Shown here piece after piece: positions 1-11,110 of a DNA stretch of 64,000 nt. This stretch comes from Kondoa subrosea (lineage: Eukaryota). The DNA is taken from positions 2,229,129-2,293,128 of the forward strand of contig BCIN01000001.1 of the NCBI GenBank assembly GCA_039545335.1, given 5' to 3'. A program made the position numbers and the translations under genes. The notes below the pieces were generated by a model. The model searched no databases and was not told where the DNA came from. It saw nothing but the letters and a program-made list of their open reading frames with translations. Position 1 is the stretch's first letter. The number at the start of each line of letters is the position of its first letter.

Positions 1-14
1 TCTAAATTCGCGAA

Positions 15-1139
15 TCAGAGCAGTTCGATATGAGAGACGGAAATGACCGACCTTGGATCGTGACCTGCTGCTCTTGCTTTAAATCTCGCAACAACTGTCT
101 CATCACTTGCTGTTTGACGCGTATCGCTTTGACCAAGTGCAGGAACCATTTCGAAGCCATCAATTTCTCCTCTTGCTGCTGCTTCCTTTGCCAATCTCAA
201 AGTTTCCGCATCGCTGATCATTGTATTGTTTGCATAATTGCTGACAATAGGAGCGCGATAGAATCTCGAAGCAGCGTAGTTATCAGCTTCCACATCTTCT
301 CTTCTGATTTGTCGAGCTGCATCTGCTTGCTGTTTTTCGAACAGAGCTCGTTTGGCCTTTTCGGTCTCTTCAATGTTCTTCAGTCGGTTATCTATACCGA
401 GGTCAATTTCTGGAATAGCGGTCAACATTGCTGTTGATAGAGTAACATTGCCCTCTTGTATCCTGCAACAATGAATACAATCAGACTTGCCGCTGGAATA
501 GTATAAACATGCACTTACGGTCCTTTCTTCTCGCGATACTTTTCCGCAATCACGTAAAGCTCATCTCTAGGGTCCAACTTCTTGATCTCCTTCTTGGCAT
601 CGAAATCATCTGAACCAGAACCTTGAGCTTTCCTCCGTTTCTTGAGCTCCTCTTCAATGAACGCCATCATATGTTTATCCACATCGACTACATTAGTCTG
701 TTGAGTGAAATTGGAACTTTGAACCAATTTCTTAGTCAAAGCAGCTGATCCATCATCCTCCTCATCTACATCTTTCTCCTTTGACCCAGATACTCGCATC
801 CCAGGCACCAAACGTTTCTCTTCTTGTCCACCATCAGCGTCATCATCCATATGCTTGCGTTTGAGAAGAGGTGATTCGCCAGCATTGAGTTTAGCTGAAT
901 CTATCCCAGCAGCATTACGTTCTGCTGCTTTCAGTTTACGGAGAGCGAGCAGATCAGCTACTGTAGATCTGTACTGGTCCTTGTTGGTTTGGATAACTGA
1001 AGCATTCTCTTAGCAAAACTTACTCTGATTCGTCCACTTGTTGATTGATGAACTCGTTTTCTGCTTTGGTACGAATACCTTGGGGTCGTTTGCCCTTCTT
1101 CTTGAAGCTCACAGCAACGGGTATCTCCTCGGTGGTCAT
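15..1139 (-). CDS. C9orf78/Tls1-like (HCA59 domain) splicing-associated protein, multi-exon; 3' end may extend beyond window
   Basis: Exons encode FTQQTNVVDVDKHMMAFIEEEL and MLTAIPEIDLGIDNRLKNIEETEKAKR, characteristic of the C9orf78 family; GT-AG introns between ORF pieces. Confidence 0.8.
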
Positions 1140-1264
1140 ATGTGGTTTACGGTCAAGAGCAACAATATTAATGACTCAAGGAAAATAAAGGACTGCTCAA
1201 TACTAGTAGTCCAATAATATCTCTACCAATGTATCTCCTTGTACTTCCCTCCGTAAAACCAAGC

Positions 1265-2406
1265 TTACATGACCCACTTAATGACGCCTCGATAAGTCGA
1301 GTTCCCTTCATCCCTTACAGCAGCTAAACCTCTCTTCCTCCCACTCATCTCATAATTGACCAACATCGCATCCGGTCCCATCATGGACGTATCCCCTAAT
1401 TCAGTCAACATCGGATAAACGATCTTTGGTTTCTTCTTCTTGTGAATCTTTTCCTTGTGACTTTCTCTCAATGCACCATCACCCTCTGCTGGAATAGGTG
1501 GAGTAGGCAAACCGAAATCCAGAAGAGGAGGAGGTAATTCATCTTCATCCATTCCCATGCCATCTTCTTCTTCATTGTTTGCGATAATAGGAGGAATAGA
1601 AGGATTTGCTTTATTGTTTGCTGCTGATCTTCTTGATGCTGCGTCGTTGGATGCTTGAATAAGATTACGAAGGGAAGCTTCTACTAATCGTGTCGTTCGA
1701 ACTCGATCATCGTGTATTGATTTCGATGCATTGCCTTCAGCTGAAGAATTATCGATCAAAGAGCTTTCAGGGTAGACCTGTACTTCTGATCAGTTTTCCT
1801 TGCCCATGTAAGCAACGTCAGGGCTCACAGGAGTACGCTTCCATGAATGCTTAGGCGGTAAAGGTGGAAAGAAATCAGGTTGAATAGGTAATCGATCATT
1901 CAATTCTAATTCCGCTTCCATTGCGTCTTGAGGCAAAACTAAAGGCATCTCTTCTTCTTGTAGAGGTTGCAGCCGTTTTATTGAAGTATAAGAAGGAATT
2001 TGATCTGCGCACACTCAAACGATTAAACAACTTGTAGACTGATGTTTGAATTTGAATGCCTCACATTGAGATGTCTTTATCCGATATAAGAACCGATGCA
2101 GTTCGTGTATAGGCAATCCACCCATTTCGCACGCTCGAGCGAAGTCAGCTGGGTTTCCCAAAGTTCGTCTATTATGGCCTGCCAAAGCTTGAGACAGAAA
2201 GATCAAGCTGCCCATGACTGTGGAATACAATCAGATTGTGCTTGAACGAGACAGATACGCGAGGCTTAACAGGCTACAGCTTGGCCTTCGATTTCTGCCA
2301 ATGCAGAATTCGTTATTGCATCAAAGCCCGCATCCAGTGCGCAACGAGCTATGAGTTTGTGTAGACTGGTAGATGCTGCTGTCTCGTTGGCTGGCTCTAT
2401 GCTCAT
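1265..2406 (-). CDS. TAF8: TFIID subunit TAF8-like protein (histone fold plus TAF8_C)
   Basis: N-terminal LIARCALDAGFDAI...ALAGHNRRT histone-fold pattern and FFPPLPPKHSWKRTPV resembling TAF8_C. Confidence 0.65.
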
Positions 2407-2480
2407 GTTGTTGTGGAAGGGTATTGGTAAGGGTTTGGGAGAAGGTTTGAGAAACCTTGAAAGTCAAAACCATGTTTTCA

Positions 2481-3962
2481 CTACAACAGCAATCTCGCGA
2501 ACGATCCAAGGCTATCCATCAAGTAGTCAGGCTGATCTTTCGCCGCCATGGTTAAAAAATCCTATGCACTCACTTCAACAAGCAAATTAGCTGAGCAAAG
2601 CTGGGCTTACCTTCTCTGTTGACGATCCAGTTAATACCATCAGTGTATGGATACTCCCTCTCTTGCCCATCAGCATATCCGTCTCTAGTCTGTCGCCGAT
2701 CATAATGACTCTGGACCGATCAAGCTTGAAGCTGTTTCGACAATCAGGGATGTCTACAAACGCCAGAAAGCCAGAGTATGTACTCTTCGATGATTACGTC
2801 CAGCATCGTTTTTCTACGGTCATTTTTAAGAGCTAGATCGTGTAGAGAAAGCGGTCAAAGGAGCTTACTCGGGTTTGCCTATTGCAATTTAAAGGTCTCT
2901 GACACAAGGGATTCGACATTCGCAAGCTTACCGACGACAATTGGATCTTTAGCTACTCCCAGCAACACCGAAGCTGTCCAAAGTGATCAGGAGCACGGCA
3001 AAGTAATTCCCGAATTTGTCATGCCTAATGCTCCCTCGCCTGGACAAATTGCGGTTTCGGTGAAGACATCTTTATCCGCGTTAGTCAACACTAGCTTGCA
3101 TGTGGGATTTTGACTGAGGTAGGTGTATGCTAAGCAGTATTTCTTATAACTAGATCAATTTCAGTGTTGCAACTCTAAGAAAAGAAACAAAAGCTCACTT
3201 TATGTGCATATCGAAGCCTTACAAGTGACAATCAAATCACGGGCCGAGAGATTGGCAGCATGAGCATTACCTTGCAGCACAACGCCTATTTTCGGATTAG
3301 GAACAATTGAGCTGAAATCTTGTGCTGGCATAAAGACATTGTCGCTCGTTCCTCCCGTCCAAGTTAGACCAACGTCTCTAAGCTCATCTTCCAAGCCTGC
3401 TTGACCGATCAGGTAAATGTCTCGACAATGTTCAGGAAGAGACGGCAGCAAAGTAGTCTTTAGGTAATGAGCCGAAGCGGAACCAGAGGTGTAGATCTGA
3501 GATATTTGAACGTAAGTTAGTCCTGCTTCAAGTGTTGAGCTACGGAAGAGGGCGGAAGCGCTTCAATGACCTAGAGCGTGAAACTTCTCTTGATAATGTG
3601 CGCGAGAAGCGGTAGCATTATTTGTCAGCTGTCGAGGCGATGAGTTCCGTGATGACCGTAATAAGGAAAGCAGACAAAGTAGTGAGGTATATTCTGCTCA
3701 TGAAAATAGAACAGCGTCTCTTTAACGTTGGGGTACAGAGTACTGCATGAAGATGAGAAGAGAGCAGGAAGACAGTGAGCAGGATAACGCGCTTGCCATT
3801 CCAGATTACCTAGAAAGGAGAAAGAGACAGAGATTCGGGCGCATTAGGCTCGTTCTGACATTGAGTGAAGTTGAACCGCTCAACTCCGTCGCAATCCAGC
3901 AGAACAGTTGAAAGACCAGCTAATAAAGCTTTCAAGTCTTCTTTGGTAGAAAGCCGTTTCAT
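2481..3962 (-). CDS. PHO13: HAD-family 4-nitrophenylphosphatase / phosphoglycolate phosphatase (Pho13-like)
   Basis: Spliced LLDCDG-VIWNG motif I, TNNAT.SR, YLIGQAGLEDEL, GKPSK, MIGDRLETDMLMG, ILMVLTG motifs. Confidence 0.85.
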
Positions 3963-4059
3963 CTGAAAGGTTTAGTCGCGCTTCGTCGCCAAAGAGCAAC
4001 GACTCGACCGAACTCAACTCAGTCTGTCGACCTCTTCTCTTAGATCGGGATATATTCCC

Positions 4060-4081
4060 TACTACTACTACTACTACTACT
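4060..4081 (+). repeat. (ACT)n trinucleotide microsatellite, about 7 units
   Basis: tactactactactactactact in the gap between the PHO13-like and GNAT genes. Confidence 0.9.
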
Positions 4082-4171
4082 GCGATAGCACCGCCTTGCG
4101 TTGCATCGCCAGACTGTGTTGTCCAATTTGCCTTTGACCTTTATCTTCTCCTGTCTAATTATCTTCTATTC

Positions 4172-5571
4172 ATGGTCGAGATACGAGATGCGACTGCTGT
4201 TGACGCTTGTGCCTTATCTCAACTGCTAAATACTGCTATGTTGGAGGGAACACTGTCCTCTGACATAACGAAAACAGACAGCGATATTCTCAAATGGCTC
4301 TCCACTCTGCAGGATCATGAATATCCATGTCTCTTAGCATGCAAAGGCAACCAAATTGTCGGCCTTGGCGCTTTCGAAGCTTACTGGGATTACAAGCCTG
4401 GCAGCGGTGTTGAATACACATGCCGCCTCATTATAGTCGCCAAAGCTCAACATCGCCGCCAAGGAATAGCAACGAAACTCTTCCAGCAGCTACAGAGGCA
4501 TCAGAAGTCCATTGACCGACAGTTGTATCTTTGCATGCGTATGTCTCTACAGGTTCTGGAGTTGCTAGCTGACAAGCCCTTATTAGGAACGATCCTATCG
4601 AACAATGCAGCAGCGCGGCAATGGCTGCTGAAACTTGGCTTTCATTACTGCGGCAAGTGAGGTGATTTCTAATTTTCTACTGTTCGCTACTTAACATTCC
4701 TTAGCTTGACAGCTATCGCAACACGCTGGGGCATGACTTTTGACGAGGAGTTTTACGGCATCTATCTATCTCCCGCTCCTTCGGTCGTTGGGAAGGGCTT
4801 TCCAGATGAAAATCTGGCCAGCCCATGTCTCAAACAAGACTTCGTACTTCCTCTCGATCTGGGTACTGTGCTTGTGCGCGATGCGCAGCTGATGGATATT
4901 GCTGAAAGTGAGCTCTCTCTCCCTGCTCCGGCTTGCGTGATGATCTCAATCAGATCTAGTAACCAATATACGTAACGAAGCTGTACTGTACTCAAACGCT
5001 ATGTCGGATATCGAGCCATTCAGTATCGCAGACAACTTGAAATGGTTTGTGCCATTGCTAGAACATGGCTATCCTGTCAGTCGAGCCTATCAAGTGTAAA
5101 CGCGTGTAAACGCTCCTTTGACGATCAGTGCAGTGTGTGGTAGCTGTAATAGATGATCTGGTTGTGGGCTATTGCTGTTTGTCGAATTATGGTGAAGATG
5201 ACTGCTTTCGCGAGTAGGCATTTGATTAAATTCAAGGCTGTACTGAGTGACTACGGTAGCTGTCTTGAGGCTACAATCTACATACGTCAAGACCTAACTC
5301 GACAACGTATTGGACCCTTGATGTGGCAAGCATGTATGAAGAACCCATTCATCGCAGCGCAAAAGATCAAACACATTTTAGCAAGTGTTACTACTACTGT
5401 AAGTATAGTTCTTTTGCAGTACAATACGGCACTCAAGCAGACTTTTCGCAGAATCCACAAAGTTGGCAGGCAGTACTAAAGCACGGAGCTGTTTGTAAAG
5501 TCACGAGAACGAGAATTTGGTACAAATTCGGCGTCTTTGGCCATGCAGCGACTTTCCAATATGCTATCTGA
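4172..5571 (+). CDS. Tandem two-domain GNAT N-acetyltransferase (phosphinothricin/methionine-sulfoximine acetyltransferase-like)
   Basis: Domain 1: IRDAT...HRRQGIATKL...NNAAA..LLKLGF. Domain 2: VRDAQ..D...NEAV....A.SDIEP...WF.....GYP...VVGY...TIYI......RQRIGPLM...WYKFG. Confidence 0.7.
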
Positions 5572-5979
5572 TATCGCAGAAAGTGACGAGCGGATGAAAT
5601 GCATTAACGGGATAATGAGTTGAATTCTGGTGGATCGCTCTTTGGAGAAGTCCATCACTCTCCACGCAATGAATTATCTGCCCATTTTGGGCAGGAATAT
5701 CGAGTACTTTAGAAGTTTTGTTAGGATGAGTCCAATCTAAGCCACCACAGACAGAGATGGACAAACAGCGACTCCAGTGGAGTGAAACCTGTCGAGACTG
5801 ACCACACAGACGGACGAGAGCAGGTCCCATACAAGAAGAACACAACTGATAGAGAAGAATATTGCGCTGACAATCACGCGTAACAAAGAAAGAAGCCAGA
5901 AGGAAGGCAAAGCTGAGAAACAAGCATCGTTTATGAAACAGCGCGCAAAAGCGATAAAGCAACAGCATATCATGCTTTG

Positions 5980-6700
5980 GTGTACACCAGTGCTCTGATT
6001 TCTATACTCTCCCTTGGCGGAACGTCGACGTGGATGAACTTCTTATCGACAAATGCAGTATGTGTCAAGCTTGGAGCGCGCAACTCCACAGGCATGAAGA
6101 CTAGTGATAGAAGGAGCCTTGCCGATAGATATAGCCTTGCCGTATCTGAATGTATAGCTGTCTAGACTTGTGCAGTCTTGGATTCGTTGCAGATCCAAAA
6201 AGTAAAGCATGGCTATCTAAACAGGGTGCCATGTCTTTGTAATTGAGCACACGCCCTTATACTACTGATGTCGCGAGTCGTATGTGAGGCAAGACGACAA
6301 CATGTTGATAGTACAGGTAGAAAGGCAGGACACCAACTTGTCTTCCGACAGCGAAGGACTGACAAGCAACAATGCCGGGTCCGTGACAGTGCCTACTATG
6401 GAGCGTTCCAGCTGATAGGCTAATGTTTTACAGTGCCATGGGAAGCGCTAGTGCCATTTGGTGAGGAATTATGAATGACAAGCAAAAACGTACAGCTGGC
6501 TTACCGCTTTCGGTGCTCCTTCAGGCCTGCTCACAACGATGTTTGCCGTCGCTGGAACAGGCTTCAATGCTTTGAAGAGAGCTACAAATGATGGCAAGGT
6601 CAGACAGAGCAATCATTAAGTTGTGATCCACAACTCACGCTGCTATATTCCAGCCGCCTCGTTATGGCGTGGATGAATGGGACGAGATGATGATGAATAG
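5980..6700 (-). CDS. Hypothetical multi-exon protein
   Basis: Canonical gtgagt...tag and gtaagc... introns separate short open exons; no recognisable domain. Confidence 0.25.
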
Positions 6701-6897
6701 AGATCAGCGGCTGACTGGGAGTCTTAGGGGGCAATCAGTGAGTTCTATTATACTTCCGCATATGAACGCTAATTATTTGCCAAGATCGATGCGAAAGCAC
6801 CGGCAGGCTTTGCGACTAACTCAGTATGGCAAACGGAGAAGATTGACTAAGCGCTAGTCTCGATTCCGCATAACACAACCTGTACAATCATCTCCGA

Positions 6898-7090
6898 TTA
6901 CGATGTATTCTTCCGTCGCACATGCCTTGCTGTGCTGCATCCAAGTATAAGGCGCTCTTCTGTCTCCGGCTCTTCACTGCAGAAGCGGCAGAGACGATCT
7001 GATACAGGCATGCTGGTACGTTGACCCATCGTGGTGCCAAAGTTGTGTAGTGCTTCCCGGAACTGTAGCATAGAATTTCTCAAGTTGGAT
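6898..7090 (-). mobile_element. Degenerate non-LTR retrotransposon (LINE) ORF2 C-terminal zinc-knuckle fragment
   Basis: HNFGTTMGQRTSMPVSDRLCRFCSEEPETEERLILGC fits the H.L..E.GR...P..ERLC..C....E.E.H.L..C pattern of LINE C-termini. Confidence 0.55.
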
Positions 7091-8279
7091 GGTAGATGTA
7101 GATAGTATAGAATTGGGTGAATGCCCTCGATGTGCCCGCTTCCCAGACAGCACCATCGTGCAAATTCAACATGTCAGTCGTTGCACCTGCACAATACCGC
7201 GATGCGACCCAACAAGATAATACGGCTAGAGCTGCAGCCGAACAATTTGCCTCGCTTACCGCAATTCTCTGCCCCTACTCGGTTTCAGATTGGCATCCAA
7301 ATAACAGCCTTCATTTTGTCAACAGGTTTATTCCATTCCCTTGCTTACTTGCAATGTGCTGAAGCGCAGTACAGTAACATTAGGCTACGGAGTTCTCTTC
7401 TACGATTTCAACAAGGATTCACCTGCTCCCCGAGGAAATTGCTTTGATCCAGTCTGTATATCGCCTCGATTTTCCCCTCTAAACTCATATTTCAAATCTA
7501 CAGATCAGACAAGTTTTCTTTGGTTTCTGGAAGAAGGAGGTCATGACTCTATCCGAAGAGGACAAAAGTGTCTTAGCTAGAATCAAACCTGAAAGAAAAG
7601 CAGAGGTGAAAGCCGTTTAAGCTGATTACATATCATGATTCTCAACGGTCAGTGGTCGTATGCCGTAGCCGAATTCTTGCTGATGTAGCGTTTGCAACAA
7701 GGCGTTCTCGGAAACCGCAGCCAGCTTGGCGTATGGTTGATATGCCGTCAATAATCGGAGGCGCTGTTCTCAAGCAGATCGCTGACTTCCATGATGCTCA
7801 ATCTCTGCCTTTTGAGCTCTTCATAACAAGATCAGGCTTTGAATGAAGGTGCAAGGCAGTGAGCAAGAAGGCTGTTGGACTATTGGACAATACGGACCTT
7901 CCTTGGCAGCACAAATCAGATTCGTAGCAGGCACTACCTCCTGGACACCAACCCAGAATCATACTTTTAAAAGTATGATTCTGCTCGTACGGGGTCAAGC
8001 GACGTCAGGGTTCCAAATCATGTACTAGATGCTATCAATATGAGTGCATGCTAGTTGTATCGTGGGCGTCCGCAGGCGTCTGCGTTGGTCTGAAGTTTAA
8101 AGGCATGCATTGTCTGTGAGAACTAAAACAACCCGCGGCAATGAAGATATATAGTGTGGGGATGAACAACACTTGATCAACCACGATCTTGCCAAACTTC
8201 ATACTCTTCTCAAATCAACACTGCAGATATCACGCTTCTGGTCTTTTCCGCGGCGACTGCGCTCTATTCATTACCCAAT

Positions 8280-9203
8280 ATGCAACATCACTTTCCTATA
8301 CCAGGTTCTTCAAGTTTCGAAAGCTTTCAGTATGAGGCCGCCTATTTCTTACCTCCTCCTCTGCCTGGCGCATTCTCTCCAGCCTCGTTCACCGATTACG
8401 ATTCTCCTATGCTCTCTCAACAGCAACAACAACAACAAATGCAGCAACAAGCTCTCACTTCAGCAAGTGTGCTAGACTCTACCAACCTCGATAATCCAGG
8501 TAGCAAGATTGGCCTTCCGCGATCGTACAGACAGATAGCTTATTCTCCCTTTTACAGTCTTGTCTCCTCGTAGTAAACGCAGAAGAATCATGACAGAATC
8601 CAGTCTGCCAGATTTGGACGAAGCAGATTTAGATGCTGCTGCTACTTTGTCCCGGGTACCAAGTGCAGTCAATTCTAGAGCGCGTTAGTCTATCCGCACT
8701 CCCTTCATGCTTTGCCTGCTGATCATCGGCATGTAGCGAGTCCTGCTCGGACAGAAAGCGAATCAGCTACACCACCTACATTCAAACAAGCAACAGCTCT
8801 CAAATCCAGGGCTACTGCACAACCAAAGAAAGCGAAAGTTACTCTAACAGCAGATCAAAAACGCTTGAATCATTTGGAAAGCGAGAAGAAACGTCGGGAT
8901 ATGATCAAGGAGTCTTTCAAGCAGTTAGTAGAGCTCGTCACTCAAGGTCAAGCCGAAAGTGGTATCACTGTGTTGGGTGAAGAAGACGAAGAGGACGACA
9001 GCGATGCGGAAGAGGATAAGAATGGGAAGAGGAAAAGGAAACCCAAAGGAAAATCATCAGGCAGAGGGAGAAGAGGCGAAGTATTTTCTGGTGCCACCAA
9101 GAATCGCTTCATTGGTCAAGCTATCAAGTATGTCGAATGGATGAGGGACGATACAGCTAGGCTGGAAGCTGAAGTATTGGCTTTGGAAGCTCGCGCACTA
9201 TAA
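8280..9203 (+). CDS. bHLH transcription factor (Ino4/Mlx-like); start uncertain
   Basis: LTADQKRLNHLESEKKRRDMIKESFKQLVELV...IGQAIKYVEWMR; polyQ N-terminus. Confidence 0.75.
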
Positions 9204-9243
9204 AGATATATTCCGTCTTCTAATCTTGTACATTACTGCTTTA

Positions 9244-10369
9244 CTACATAAACATGTTGTTGTAATCATTGTTGAATCCAGGCTAAAGCGTTCAATCAGC
9301 GCGCCATCAAGACATAGTAAATAAACGCACGGGTCTCATAGCATCGCCAAATCTCTGTCCGTCTCTTTCCCGACCTCTGCCAGGCATAGGCAAACCTGGA
9401 CCAATAGGATCGAACCGCGCTCCGGGTGGAACAGCACCAGGAGGCAAGAAATTGTTTCCGCCAGCCCAAAATCGGTTGCGTTCCTCCTCTTCACCAGGGA
9501 ATCTTCGGTCTCTAAACATAGGATGATTTGGCCCAAGAATCATTCCGTCTCCTTCGCCACTGCCTAGCGGAATCCTTCCGCCTGTCGTGCCTCCTAAGCC
9601 AGCTAATGGATCTAAATCTGTTCGTCCTATTGGTGGTATTCTTAAGCCCGTCGGACCTGCTTGAGGAGGTTGCGGAACACCGCCCGCATAAGGACCTTCA
9701 GGGTCGGGGTAATAGCCTCTTCTTGGATTAGAGGCAGCAGTAGAGGTGACTTGCACATCATCATCGGCGGAAGAAGCAGAACCTTTGAGTAGATCAGGCA
9801 TCAAAGGTTGAATGACTGTTGATTTCCATAGTGAGATGAAATCCTTCAGTCTGGCTGGCGAAGCAAACATGGTTTCGAATAGAGCAGATTCAGCAGAAGA
9901 CAACACGGTGAAGGGAAATGCAGAGGAAGAGAAGTAATCAGTGATTACGACGTCGAGTTGTTTCGTCTTATTGTCCTATTAGACAAGTCAGAGACCACGT
10001 GGAAAGAGTCACCTGGGAGCAAAAGCGCACTTCCACTGCAATAGCATTTACTATAGCCCGTCCTCCGACCTTACTGACACCAGACTCAAAGGACATCGCA
10101 CTTGAAGCATGTCTGTAAGCCAAAGAGAGATCTCTTCCAGGTGTTGCCCATCCATCAGGCAATCGACTAGCATCTAACCTCTTTTCTTCATCCGTTGTAG
10201 CTTCCTCCGACACAGAATGACCAGGTTGTAAGCGAAACTCCAGATTGACGTGCAGTGCATGGACCAGAGCTGCTAGAGCTATTTGCGGACTAGCTAGTGA
10301 TGTGCAGTCTTGAGGTAGGATCCGAGCAAGCGTGGCAAGGACTTTGTCTACGTGCAGATTAGCGTCCAT
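9244..10369 (-). CDS. PI31 proteasome regulator (PSMF1/Fub1-like)
   Basis: ALAALVHALH N-terminal FP domain, IGRTDLDPL, GMILGPNHPMF, PPGAVPPGARFDPIGP, C-terminal NNMFM*. Confidence 0.85.
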
Positions 10370-10388
10370 CCTTGTTTTGTAACAAGCG

Positions 10389-11063
10389 ATGCGACTGACA
10401 ATTCGAAGATTAGCATCCTCTGTGTCGGCAATGCCGTTAGACAATGCAGCCGCGCAGCTGCTGCCACCCTTAAGCTTGTATCGCCGCTTACTGCAAGCTC
10501 ATAAAAGGCTACCGTTCGAAATGCGAGTTATGGGAGACGGTTACGTCAAGGTTGACTGTTGCTGAGAAGTTTGGACGCATAAAACTAATGAGCTTTGTTA
10601 GGCTGAATTCAGAAGGCATCAAGCGATCGATAATCCATTACACATTATCGGTTTTCTGGGGACTTGGAAAACGTACATTTCTTCGCCTCCTAGACGTTGG
10701 CCTCAAAGACAGCTGACAGTACCTCTGTAGATATTTAGATCAGATAGAGAGCGATTCTGGCATTGAATCGATAGGGAAACGATTGGAGCCTCAGACTCTC
10801 GAAAAGGTTTGTGAAACCAGAGCGTTGCGTTGCAGGAACTTACGCTCAGCAATGCTCGCAGCTATCCCCTGAGCAAATTGGTCAGTTGCATGAGTTGATG
10901 ATAGCCACTAGGAAAGGTGAGATTCCCCTCTGCTTCGCATCTGATTAAGCTAAGCCAGATATAAATAGTGTACGATCCTGAGGCGAATCAGAAGGACAAA
11001 GAAGAGATCGAAGAGACTCTCTCAGTAGGTGTAGGATCACAAGGAGAGAGTCAGAAAGGATAG
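10389..11063 (+). CDS. SDH7: Succinate dehydrogenase assembly factor 3 (Sdh7/Acn9, LYR family)
   Basis: Spliced [64 protein letters not shown]; presequence-like MRLTIRRLASS. Missed by the ORF track because of introns. Confidence 0.85.
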
Positions 11064-11110
11064 GAAGTCACATGTAGACTGCCTCTTGTACGTTGCATTG
11101 TTTGTATACT

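Noticed and set aside
30..437. Cys-rich plus-strand ORF and many similar antisense ORFs in the track
   Set aside because: Shadow frames of real genes on the opposite strand.
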